This document shows, in pieces, positions 13,166 to 24,900 of a stretch of 64,000 nucleotides of DNA (position 1 is its first letter; each line of letters begins with the position of its first letter). A program made the translations under genes and the position numbers. The notes beneath the pieces are model-generated. The model was not told where the DNA came from and made no database searches. It saw only the letters and a program-made list of their open reading frames with translations. Source of the stretch: Utricularia gibba (Eukaryota > Plantae > Magnoliophyta). The stretch is taken from contig NEEC01000016.1 of NCBI GenBank assembly GCA_002189035.1, positions 248,001 to 312,000 of the forward strand. The letters run 5' to 3'.

Positions 13166-13969
13166 TTTTTAAGCGAACACCGCCGGATCCCGCTGCTTCT
13201 ACACTCCACTGAACGGATCCAAATGCTTGAGTATCCGGCGTCCTAATCGCCTCTTCACAGAGAAACGCTGCATTTCTTGCACGAAGAGTGGAATAGAAGC
13301 AGGAGAATCTTGATTGCGGTCAATTGTTGAACTGGAATTCGCCCATCGGAATAACTCCGCTGTATTGATTGAAGGTTAGTTGTTCACTGGTTCGGTTTTG
13401 GATTCTTTGATGTTTTTTCGTTATTTTTTTAGTCATGAAATTGGTGCATTTGGTTTTGGCAAGAATTGATTCAAGAGGGATAGCGTTAGATTTGTCTTGC
13501 TCTCTGTTTCTTTCTGGAATGAGATCAGGAGTTTCCGTTCCTCCGTTTTCTGGTTCTGCCCTTGCATATAATGGCAATCTTTATAGGGAGATTTCAAACT
13601 AATAACATGTGGACATTTAAAATCCATGAAAAATATACAAGGCTTCATATAAACACTGCTCTCATATTTGCATCCGGTGGCTTATGCCCATGTTCGCCAC
13701 AACATGCCTGCTTATAATCTAAAGTTGAACTTAAAAGTTAAAAAGTCAAAGATATCTCGGTGCACTTGAACTATTGTGAGAGAGTGTGTGTGTGTCTGCT
13801 GTCAAAAAGAATTGTTTGATGTTTGCATATGAAAATGAAGGAGTTATATGGGTTCTAAGATTGTCAGCATCACATTTCATGTGTTAGATTTGGAATGGAG
13901 AAGTGCGAAGATCCAGAGGACAGGAGCTGTAAGGAAGAATGACAAAGGGTTGAGCTATTCCCATATCAA

Positions 13970-16529
13970 ATGGAGGAATACGCTCCGTGCAATTCGGATT
14001 CAGAAACATTGACCTTCGACAGAGATCGTCATGTGTACTTTCTGCTGATGATGTATCAGATGCTGCCCTATCATTACCAGCATGAGGAAATCAATCGCAT
14101 CACTCTTGCATACTTTGTTATCTCTGGCCTTGACATTCTCAACGCCCTTGACCAGGTATCTTTTCCAAAATCAGGATGGCTCTTTCACTTGTAGTTTTGC
14201 ATGAGGTTAGTTTGGTTGCTGGTTTTCTTCAACCAAGATGATGGGTATCCGTGTTAAGTGTTTCTTGGGAGTCTAGACAGAAACTGGATACTTATGAGCG
14301 CAAATTTTCTTTTGAATTTTGAGCTATTACCCATTTCTCCTTGAGCATGTAGTTTCATGTCATCTTGTTGTGAGTAGTGTGGCTGAGAATAGTTTTAAGT
14401 TTTGTGATAGGAGTTTTGTTTTCTTTCTTTATTTTATGTTTCCCCTTTCAGATTGATAAGGAAGCAACAATCAGATGGGTTCTGTCACTACAAGCTCATC
14501 CAAGCACTTTTGGCCAATTGGAAGATGGTGAAATTTAGTTAGACTAGTTTTAATTTTTGTGGTTTTAACATAGTTAACCGTATGTAAGCCTTCTTTTCCT
14601 TTAAATCTGTGTGCAGGCCAGTTTTATGGATTTCAAGGTTCTAGAAGCTCCCAGTTTCAATCAAGTGATACTAATGTAAGGAAACATATCTTGATAACAC
14701 ATCCCTATATACATCTTCTTTTATCTTCCCAACGTTGACTTCATGTTGTTCCATTGGTGGTATTTTTATAGTTGATGCCAATGCTAAATGGAAGCCACCT
14801 GGCGAGTACATACTGTGCGCTCTGCATTTTGAAGATTCTCGGCTATGACTTATCGCTTATAGACTCTGGTTTGTTGTCAAGGTCAATGAGGAATCTTCAG
14901 CAGCCTGATGGATGGTAACATTATAACCTTGTCAGTTTTCTGAAACATTTATATCATACTACATGCCCTTTCTAACAGTGTACTGGGTGCCATTTTAGTT
15001 TTATCCCCAATCACACTGGAGGGGAGAAAGATCTTCGCTTTGTGTTCTGTGCAGGCAAGGAGGCAAATTCCGCTCTCTTGCTGAGTTGCCATACTGTCTA
15101 ATTGTGTATTTTGTTTTGATATTATTATTTATTTTTCTTGTCGATCTATCAGCTGCCATTTGCTCAATGCTCAAGTCTTGGAGTGGAATGGATTGCCAAA
15201 AGGTAAAGGAGTACATACTGAAATGCCAGGTATGGTCATTATATGGGTATGTGGGCTGTTATTTCATCTGGTTCCTATCATAAGATGATGTTCTTTAATA
15301 TGGAAAAGTGTTTGTATTTTTCTTCTCTCTTGTATAGTCATATGATGGTGGTTTTGGATTGACTCCTGGTGCCGAATCTCATGGTGAGGGACTTGTAGAT
15401 CTTTCACCTTTCATTATATTCTTGTTTTTGTGCCTTGAAAATCGTTCGATTTGAGTTTCCTAGCTCTTGCACATGATTCTCATTATTTAGTTTCATAGCA
15501 GTTGCAGTATGCCTTACTGTACTTTCACTGCTGTGTAATGTGTCTTCTTATGTAAGGATAGTTTTTTTTGCAAATATTTTAAGAAGAATTAAAGTATTTA
15601 GTGTCACAGGCGGGGCCACTTACTGTGCTGTTGCATCCCTCAAACTTATTGGCTTCTTTGAAGAGGATCCATTGGCAACAGATGCTTCCTGTCGTACCAT
15701 AAATGTACCACTGCTTCTGGATTGGTGCATGCAGGTTTGTCTAACTTCATTTTTTGGACTTGATTTTACATCACTGCTGATTGACATGCCGCAAAGGGGG
15801 CTAAAACTAACTTCCTGTCAACTTTCAAAAGAAAATTAGAGTGATCATAATTGTAATCAAACAAACCCACTAGGTGTGATGTTTATGAGTATAATGTTAG
15901 TTCAAGCTTAGTTCAACTTCTTACCCGCAATTAGCTTTTACCAGAGGTACTAAAAGAAACATTTCCAACTTTTTTCCCCACCTCTACAATTTTTACACAT
16001 CTCACGAGCCTTGTTCCGTGAATACAGAAACAGGGTGAAGATGGTGGCTTCAAGGGTCGCTCAAACAAGCCCTCTGACACATGCTACGCCTTCTGGTACG
16101 CTAGACGGCTTACATTCTTCTTGTCTTCCCAACCATCCACGGCCATTACTGAAGTTTGTATTCTGCTCTGAAGGATTGGCGGTACACTCAGGATGCTAGG
16201 AGCTAGCAACCTGGTCAATGCTGGCGCCTTGAGGAGATTCTTGTTTAGCTGCCAATCAGAGGTTCTCATCTATAGTTCCCTTGTCTGCCTTCTTCTCTGT
16301 GTCCATTTTATGCTACTCTCAAGAAGCAAGTGGGTTCATTTTTTACTCTTTGCTGCAGTTTGGTGGTTTTAGTAAATTCCCCGGGTCGTGGCCTGATCTG
16401 TATCATTCTTTTTATGGAGTATGCGCACTGAGTTTATTGAATGAGACCGGTGTCAAGTCTCTACGCGCCGAGCTTGGTGTATCAGAGCCGTCTGGCAGCG
16501 TGTCCCCGCGTCCGGAACGCACTGAGTGA
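13970..16529 (+). CDS. GGB: Geranylgeranyl transferase type-1 subunit beta
   Basis: 11 exons. Motifs FDRDRHVYFL, INRITLAYFVISGLDIL, HLASTYCAL, QQPDGCF..GGEKDLRFVFCAAAIC, SYDGGFGLTPGAESHGGATYCAVA, GFKGRSNKPSDTCYAFW, GGFSKFPGSWPDLYHSFYG. Intron 15055-15152 is GC-AG. Confidence 0.95.
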
Positions 16530-17642
16530 TCACGTGTAATCCTGTCCGTCCGACAGCAATCTTGTCCCACGGCCCATGATGCCTTTTTGAGAAATCTGTT
16601 GCACAAGAGAATGATTGTACGTGGCGGGCATGCCCTAATAAATTCATGTGTGTACCTTTTTCCCTTTTTTGGCATGGTTGTGTGCCAAAGTGTGCTAATG
16701 TACTCAGTTGAGACGGATCAATTACAAAATTGGGTGTCAGAAAATCGAGTATTATGGTATTAAATTTTAACTCAAATATATGAAAGAAAAAAGTGGATGT
16801 ATGATTTAATTTTCAAACATATAAATAAATGATTCAGAAATGATACAGAAATAATATTATTATAATCTGTATATTGTAATTAAATAATAATATAAATAAT
16901 TAAAATGTGCTTGATGAAATATGATTGTAACAATTTGTCTTATAGAATTTAAAGAATATCATTTATGTATATTAATTATTATGAATATAAAATTTAGTTA
17001 TCCCATCCCTCTCAAAATAGTATTACTGCATTTTTAATGAAATAATCACATCACCTTTCATTTAAAAATACCAATTAAATCAAATCCCATATCATTTTTC
17101 TTTTGGAAGCAAACAAACCCTTAAATTCAAATCAATATTTCACATGTTCAACCAATCAAATTTTTAACTAGAATCAAAATTTAAGATAGTTATTCATAAT
17201 AAAAAAAACTTAATATAGAAAAAAATATATGATTCTATTTAATATTTTGACACTAATCATACCATAGCAGAGCATCAGGAATTAGGACCCTCATTGGCAT
17301 CACAATCATCTGCTTGCAATTAAATCCATTTTTAGTAATCAAATTTAAAGAGCATGTTAGAGGCTATCCATGAAAATGGAGGGCATAGAAATCAAGGAAG
17401 AAAAAGTGGGGTGTTAGGATCTGCTTACCCCAAACAAAGGAATTCCATTCCGCTGCTCTCCAGGATCAATCCTTTGAAACTCCAGGTTCACAGAATCCCT
17501 GTTGAAGCACAGATTTTTACCAGGGAAACATCGCCATTTTGTTGGGGAGAGCATAATCCCTGAAAAAACTGACAGATAGTTTGCCTGAGGGGCATCATTG
17601 CCAAACATTAGAGATCTTTCGAGGGATCATAGCAGTCATAGA

Positions 17643-18604
17643 ATGTTGAACTTCTACAGGATTCTTCTTACCTTTTTCAACATTGTCCTCTTCTTTATTG
17701 GGATCTCCTACGTTGTGGTGTCCAGGGACATGGTGGAAAGCCAAGCCAAAGAGCGACCTTGTCCGCATGAGAATAGCAGGACTATTCTATTGATGGGAGC
17801 ATCCATGGTGGTCATGACATCAATTGGGATGCTGATAGCCTGTGTGCATTCGAGGCATCTGGAGTTGTTCTACAAGTGGGCTCTCACCGGTGCAGCCGCA
17901 GCCTTCTTCGTGTTCTATACATTCATCACGGTACTCCTTCCAAAACCAAGCGCAGCCATCATCTTCTTCATGGGCACCAACACTCACTGGTTGCCATTTT
18001 TCAACCCTCTCCTCATTGCGGCTATGACAAATAGTCTGGCCTGGAATCACGTCAAGGAGTGCTACATAGAAAGCAATATTTGCGTTATGATGGGGAAGCA
18101 GTCCAATGATGAAAAGGACTATATGGTTGAGGCATGCTCCCTTGTTTTCCTTTGCTGCAATTACATGTCTTTCCTTCTGCATTGCCCTGGGAGAGAGAGC
18201 CAAAACATTTAATTTATCATAAAGAAGGTAACTTTTGGAGTTGACGTTCCATTTCTTCTATACCTTGGCAGGCTGGGTGCTGCATACCACCAAACCGCTG
18301 CAACATGACACAGGCCACAATCACAACATGGAAACCAGGGCCAGTTCCACCGAAAGATGATGAAGAATGCCAGAAATGGATGGAACCAGGGTTGGAATCC
18401 TGCTATGACTGTCCATCCTGCAAGGCTGGTTATCTTAATAGTTTCAAGTTGTATTGGGATGAAAGCACTGGCGTTCAGATAATACGTATGGCGACCCTTA
18501 TCATAATGGCAAGTCTTACCTGGGTAGCTTTCTGGGAAGGACCATTTGACAGCAGGGAAAACCAGAACCAAGCCAGGCTAGCCAAATCCTACTTGAATCC
18601 TTGA
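17643..18604 (+). CDS. Highly divergent tetraspanin-like membrane protein
   Basis: Two exons (17643-~18131, 18272-18604). Three N-terminal hydrophobic segments, a large loop with W..VKEC...IC, GCCIPP..C, C.KW, CYDCPSCKAG, then a fourth TM. The intron sits just before GCC, as in plant TET genes. The 5' splice site is ambiguous. Confidence 0.75.
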
Positions 18605-18727
18605 CCTCTATGGAACTTTCATGTATAAAATACGAATTCCGCTTTCATATATACAATACAGTGATAACAAATACACATAATGTCTGGAAAATCTATACTA
18701 GAAATTATGACGCATATAGTTAGTTAG

Positions 18728-20871
18728 CTAAAGGTAGTGATGATAGAGCATTTGAGTCCTTTTGCAATGCGTGCATATCCATGGAAACAGAGGAGGGTCC
18801 AGGCAGAAGCTATGAACACACCGGATCTGGCAGCAGTGGCAATTGACAAGCAGATCCTCAGGCTCTCTGCTTGAGCAACGAAAGCAAACAGGAGTTGACA
18901 GCTGCACACACAAAATATGCGTAAGCAATGAACCCAAATCACAACATAAAATTATCAAAGAAAACAATAGGTAAAATTGGGTCATTCAGAGACAAACAAG
19001 CGAATTAACCACATAATATCAAATAAGGATATGGATAGTAAGAAAGATCAACCCCGACCAACCATGAGCGTTAAAATAGCTACAGAAAAAAGTTAACAGA
19101 GGGATTCAGGAAATTAACGGATAAAGCAAGTTTTTGGAATGGTGAGGGAAGATTCTCACATTCCCTGAAAAGCAGGTTTCTTCTGGACGAACATCAATGA
19201 CGTTTGAATTATCTTGAGGCATGGATTGTGAGTATATCTTCTGATCTGAATTTACAGCTTCTTCCACTCTAGTGATGAAAATAAAATTAGCTTTGCACAG
19301 AGGGCAAGTTGACGGTTTGTTCCTGGAAGCCTGCAACAAATACGAATACAGTTTTGAAACTTGAAATGATGGATATACTGAACTATGCTGAAACCAAAGA
19401 TTATGCAGAAAATGTAACAAGATAAAATTAAGTAAACGAATGCATACCATATGATCTGACCAACTCTTGATACATGAATAACAAAATCTGTGACCACAGG
19501 GGAGTATTCCTCTTGTTGAGCTGAATTCTGTCCAGCATATTACACACGAAAGTTGTCCAGATCCAGGCAAAACTTTACCATGACCTGGGGTGCTAGGGTC
19601 CTGACAAGCTGATTGGGTGACCTTCTTACAAGTAGGCAGGAGAGGTTTCGGTGCAATATTATTGCATGCATCCTCACTAAAATTATTCCCTTCCCTAATC
19701 TGTTCAGCATCAGTAAGTGCATCATCATCATCTCCACTACGAAAGAACCGTCTTTTGTCAGCATCTTGGCAGCCCTCGACATCCAAATTTATAAAATCAA
19801 AGTCACTGCTTTTTCTCTTTGATGAGGCCTTTATATTCTTTCCCCGTTCCCCACTTTTAGAGGACAATAACCAATTATCCAAGCTTGAAAACTTGTTTAC
19901 CCTACCACGTTGCTTTTCCCGGGGCACTGGTGATGCAGTGTATCTTTTTCTTAGTCTTCGGAAATTCACGGGATATGAATTGCTTTCCTCCTTAAGTGGT
20001 TTGATGAAAAGCATGAAAATAATCAATAATTGTAAAGCTTGCCAATAAAAAGGCAAAATGTTGAACATGTGACGACTTCAGTATGGTGCTAAAACGACAA
20101 ATTGAGATGAGAATTTACCTCATCATCTGTGTCCTCGCTTTCCACATGAATGACTTTGCTCTTGGTTTTCATTGAAGTGCTTGGTTGAGCTTTTGCCTGG
20201 TTGACCCATAGTGTGGAATCTACTTGCAGAGGAGCTATTTCCTCACCACTAAATGGAAAATAATCTCTCTCAGAGGAATTCGGGAAAGCAAATTTACGTT
20301 AGTTAAGGTCACACTTCACCTGTGGAAGCAGAACGGTTCCTCCGGAACAATGGTTCCTTGCTTTACACATTCCTCAATCCAACCGTGATTGACAATAGCG
20401 ATGTTCAACCTTCTCGCAATCTCATACTTTCTACCTTCGTGCCTCCGACATACCTAAACCATGCGCATACTCCAATTTCAAGCATCCGGCATTTGTTACT
20501 TCACTTCAGACTTAAACCATTCAATCATCATCAAAATAAAAATGTCAAACCTACCAAATGCGTAACGGACCGATTCATTCTTCCAACATAGGTAGCCCCA
20601 GTGCTGACAATGAGTTGGATGAGCTTGAACCTCTCGTTGCCGCGGTACCCTGTTACCGTAGCAATCACGCTTTCCATTCCATTCGCCTTGAAATTGAAAA
20701 ATCCCATCACTTTTAATGAAAAATGCTGGGTATTAAACAGCGAAGACACGTCTAAGAAAATGCGTAACCTTTTGAAGTATTAGCGTCGAGGAGAACACAA
20801 ATAACTGCTCAATGTATTCGGAATTGAATAAAAAAGAGTAGATCTAAGATGAAATTCACCTTGACGTTCAT
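18728..20871 (-). CDS. BRCT-domain / C3HC4 RING / PHD-like zinc finger protein (At1g67180-like)
   Basis: About 7 exons. BRCT: [58 protein letters not shown]: [26 protein letters not shown]...CPLCK. C-terminal CFRC...CHCC...[14 protein letters not shown]. The start could be 20871 or 20677. Confidence 0.88.
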
Positions 20872-21952
20872 CGGTGAGAAACGATCTCGAATGGACCTGG
20901 CGACGGCGACGGCGAATCCAGGTTCCAGTTTAGTTTCGCCTTTTCGTAGCGGGAAAACGTACAACTTTCCCTTCTTCAAATCTGTGGAAATAGAATTATA
21001 TATAAATTCCTGATTTAAAAATAATAGCTTGTTTAATATAATTTAAAATAAAATAAAAGTACGCAGATTTAGATTTAAAATATAAGATTAATTTAATCAA
21101 GTAAACGTATTCGGATCATAGTTATAAATTATTTAGAAAATTTAAAACAAAATACTCATTTTTCTCTATTTTTAATTAACACGCATACTAATTTTAATTA
21201 TATATAAAATTCCTGATCTACTCTTGTGAGGAGAAAATAAATATTTATTTCAACTAGCTTCGTAATATATTTATTTTTATTAATATAATAGATATCCATT
21301 CACATTTATGTGGGAATTAAAAATTGATGGGAATGCAGCAGAAAATCATACAAGTACATCTAGAAAAATTGATGGGAATTACAAATTAATATGGTGGGCC
21401 CGGTACAGGGGCCTGTGGCCCCCTCACCTGTTCATGTATGAGAATTTCTGCTAGTTTTGGCAGCAGAAAGATTTGTGGTCATTAGCCATTAAAATTCCCA
21501 TTTTGGGGTATTAATGATGCATAATCTTGTAACTCTGTCAAAATACAGAGAGATGGGAAGTGGGAACTGGTCTTCTCAATAAAAGAGGTTGAAATGCTCA
21601 CCTTCTAGTGTGGCATTTTGCCAACTTTTCTCAGGATGGTGAGCAGGAGTGCAGGCCCTTGACAGCAAAAAAGAAGGTAGAGAAAGAGAGGAAAGTTTGT
21701 CTGCTTTGCTGCTACACATTACACATGCATGAAAGGGCAAGTTTTATGTTGTTCAAAACTGTTTGGTTTTTGCACGAGTTGCTGCAAGCTGCAGCATCTG
21801 TCAATGAAAAATAGTAATACCATCATAGTGTTGACACAGCAAAATAATTCCAAATGGTTCATAGCATTCTCTACGCCAGGCTCCTACTTTGCAGCTAAGG
21901 TCCAAAGATGAGTCTTCACAAGGCAATAAGAAAAGTTGATGCTGTGGTACCT

Positions 21953-24900
21953 TCAGGCGCCTTTCTGAGGCAATGTTTCAAAGGCTGACACTGTATTCTG
22001 GAACTTGATCCGGTGCACGGGCATCCCATTTGGCCTGATGGCACAAGCCTGTTTGTCCTCCAATGGGCAACGAGCTTTCAGCATCGAAAAAACGTGGCTG
22101 TTCAGCCGCCTTGCTTTCCTCATCGCTTCTATTAGCCCTTCATGGCCCTGGTTCATCAAGACACCAAGCTTCAAAAAGACATGCTTGACCTGAGTGAACA
22201 CGGGCTGCTGTTAGTGAGACTGTCTTCATACCTGAGAATTCCTCTGGATGGGTGGGATGGCTGCATTCTCCACCTCTGCAACGTTGAGGACTTGGTGAGA
22301 GAAGTCAAAGAGCTCAAAATGCAAATGCTGGCCGAGCAGGTACATTATCGTGCATCCACCCCATGCCACTGAATCCCCAAGGATCCATATTGATTTGGTT
22401 GCACCCGAGATGCTTCCTCTAAATACTCCTGTCAAGTGTATAAATATGGATGAAAAGAAGAGTGCTTGCATAAGAATACTTCAGACACTGTTTCTTACAA
22501 TTTGGAGTGCACTATATATACGATAGAAGTCCTTGGATGTCGTAATGTCGACAAATCCAGATCTGGGTACGACACTCCACTTAGCACAGTATTTGTCCAA
22601 AGCTGCACTGGTAAAAGCAAGTGCATACTCGAGCACGCTTCCAGCATTCATGTTCGACTTGTAAAGAAGATCTGTAGAAAAGATTGTAGCAAGGTCAGAA
22701 GAGATAAGGTGAGCAAGATGCCTTTAACTGAAGCAAGTGCACAAGATAAATACCAGCAGCTTCTGCTTGTCTAGATAAGCTTTTGGACGAAGAATTTAAG
22801 CTCTGATTTGAGACATCGAGTGATGCTAGGGATTTGAACAGGTTAATAAGGGGGCTATCTCCATCTTCCTGTATTTGTACGATTTGCCCATCTGTACCCG
22901 GAACGAGACCCAGCCAAGGAGCTATTTGCATGAATTGGCTTGTGTCTGCTTCTCTCTGTGAAGAAAGGACAAGATGTAAAGCAAGCTTAACTGCGGATAA
23001 AGCTGCAAAACAGATACTGCAAATGAACCTACCAATACAATATCAAGCAAACTCATCCAGTATAACACGCTCCCGACCTCCTTGATTCCACGGAGAACTT
23101 CATTTTTCAGTTCCGACCTAGACTGCCAGCAGCTAAGATTTTCTTGAATAATCCTCATGCAACCTGGATAGGTAAAAACAAAAATCATTAAGTGGTAGAC
23201 ATCATCACTAAAATGGTAAATTAGCAATGCAGTTTGGTTTTCTTGCACCCTCCACATGCAGAAGGTTTCATTTACTTGCAGCAAGACAACCAATCAAGAA
23301 CTCATTACCTGCTACACCATTGTCGAAAGGAAGTAGGCCTATAGATTTAGGCAAGGCTTCTTGCAGTACAGTGACAATTGGTTCAAGGGTTGCGATCTGG
23401 GGTATAAGGGAGCATCAGTAGCTGATTTCAAGAAACAGCACAGAAAAATGGAAATCAGGCTGTGATGTAACCAGTACCTTATTCGACACATGGTCTAACA
23501 GTGCTCGAATGAGCCACGGCAATGATCTTGACCCAAGAAGTCTGGTAATAGAGTGCATATGAGGCATTCCGAAAAATGCACTGTACAATCGAGCAAAGCT
23601 TTGGTATGCAGAATTCAGAGCCTACATATTCAAGGATGTGATGATGACACCATAGTGTATATCCACAACATTAAATGGGGGATTTCGATATATGTAATTC
23701 CACAGACTTTATGAATTTATAATATAAAACTTAATAAGGAATTAGATAGGTTTTTTCTGACCTGAGAACCACAGTAGAAGCTAGGGTTTGCATGTGGAAC
23801 CGATGGCTTTTGAATAGGGACAGAAGACACTTTCAATGATCTAACAAACCGCTGTGTTGTATTGCATAAAATGTAGTTTGGCAGGAAGTCATTTTGCATC
23901 TCTGTCCAGATCTGGAATTTTGAAAAAAAATAAAAGAAAATTCAGGAAAAGCACATAGTTGTAACTTACATCGAATCAATCACTGCGTAGAACAGTCGAA
24001 TCCTCATGAGCTGTAATGACTAAGCTTATACTGTTGTTGTTATTTCATCAAATTTTAAAATGGAGATTCAGAAGTTAAGAAACATGAGGATATATTGCTA
24101 CCTGAGATGCAAGTCTGCTAGAATAGGAAATGAGCGATACATTTTCTTGAATTTCACTCAGCATGAGACTGAACGAGTCAAGGGCCAGGTCTTTGGATAG
24201 TAACTCATGTGAAAGTTGTACAACTTCAATAAGCTTTTCCAGTTCCTGAAAATAAACTTTTGAGTTTACAGAAAGGAAAATGAGGCAATATGAAGTAAAA
24301 CATCGGAGAATTACATACTACTACGGCACAAAGATCCTGACACTCAAAACGATCAAATAAAAACTCAATGTTGTCCCGAATAATCTTGTTTATCCTCTCA
24401 GAGATCAAACTTCTCAAGTTGACGGTCCTTCCTAGCAGCTGCATATGCATTGAGAAATGAGAATGCCAATATGTTTCAGGTGTATATTTCCTCAAAGCAC
24501 ACTAAAGATAGGCTTCTTCCAACCTTAAATCTTGTCATCTTAAAAATTGCAGTGAATCTTAATGGTTGGACTGAGAACTTCTCACCGGTGTCTATGGCAA
24601 ATAGGAACGATGGATCCAAGAGTTCACTAGGAAGTAGAGAAAGTGAACGAGGAATTGAATTCTTTATCTAGTGGGTAAAGATAAAAAGGACATAAATGTT
24701 GGCATCATGATAAAATAGTGAAGGTAAAGACCTTGCTGCCCGGCACTTGTAGTGTGTGAAAACAACATCACACAGTTTTGATATGAAAATGTCGAAACAA
24801 TTGTCCACCTGGGGATACAAGACATTTTACGAGAGGAAGCAGTAGGAGAACCGTAATGCATATCCAATAAATTGTCATACAGGTCTCCATTCTCCATATA

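Noticed and set aside
14156-14163. GTATCTTT donor in GGB intron 1 (also in an O-fucosyltransferase intron near 46020) as a U12 intron
   Set aside because: There is no U12-like branch point, and ordinary U2 pyrimidine tracts precede the acceptors.
17105-17122. Tourist-like terminus (GCAAACAAACCC|TTA) at the end of an AT-rich block
   Set aside because: No matching opposite terminus was found, and the same short motif occurs in a GGB intron, so it may be chance.
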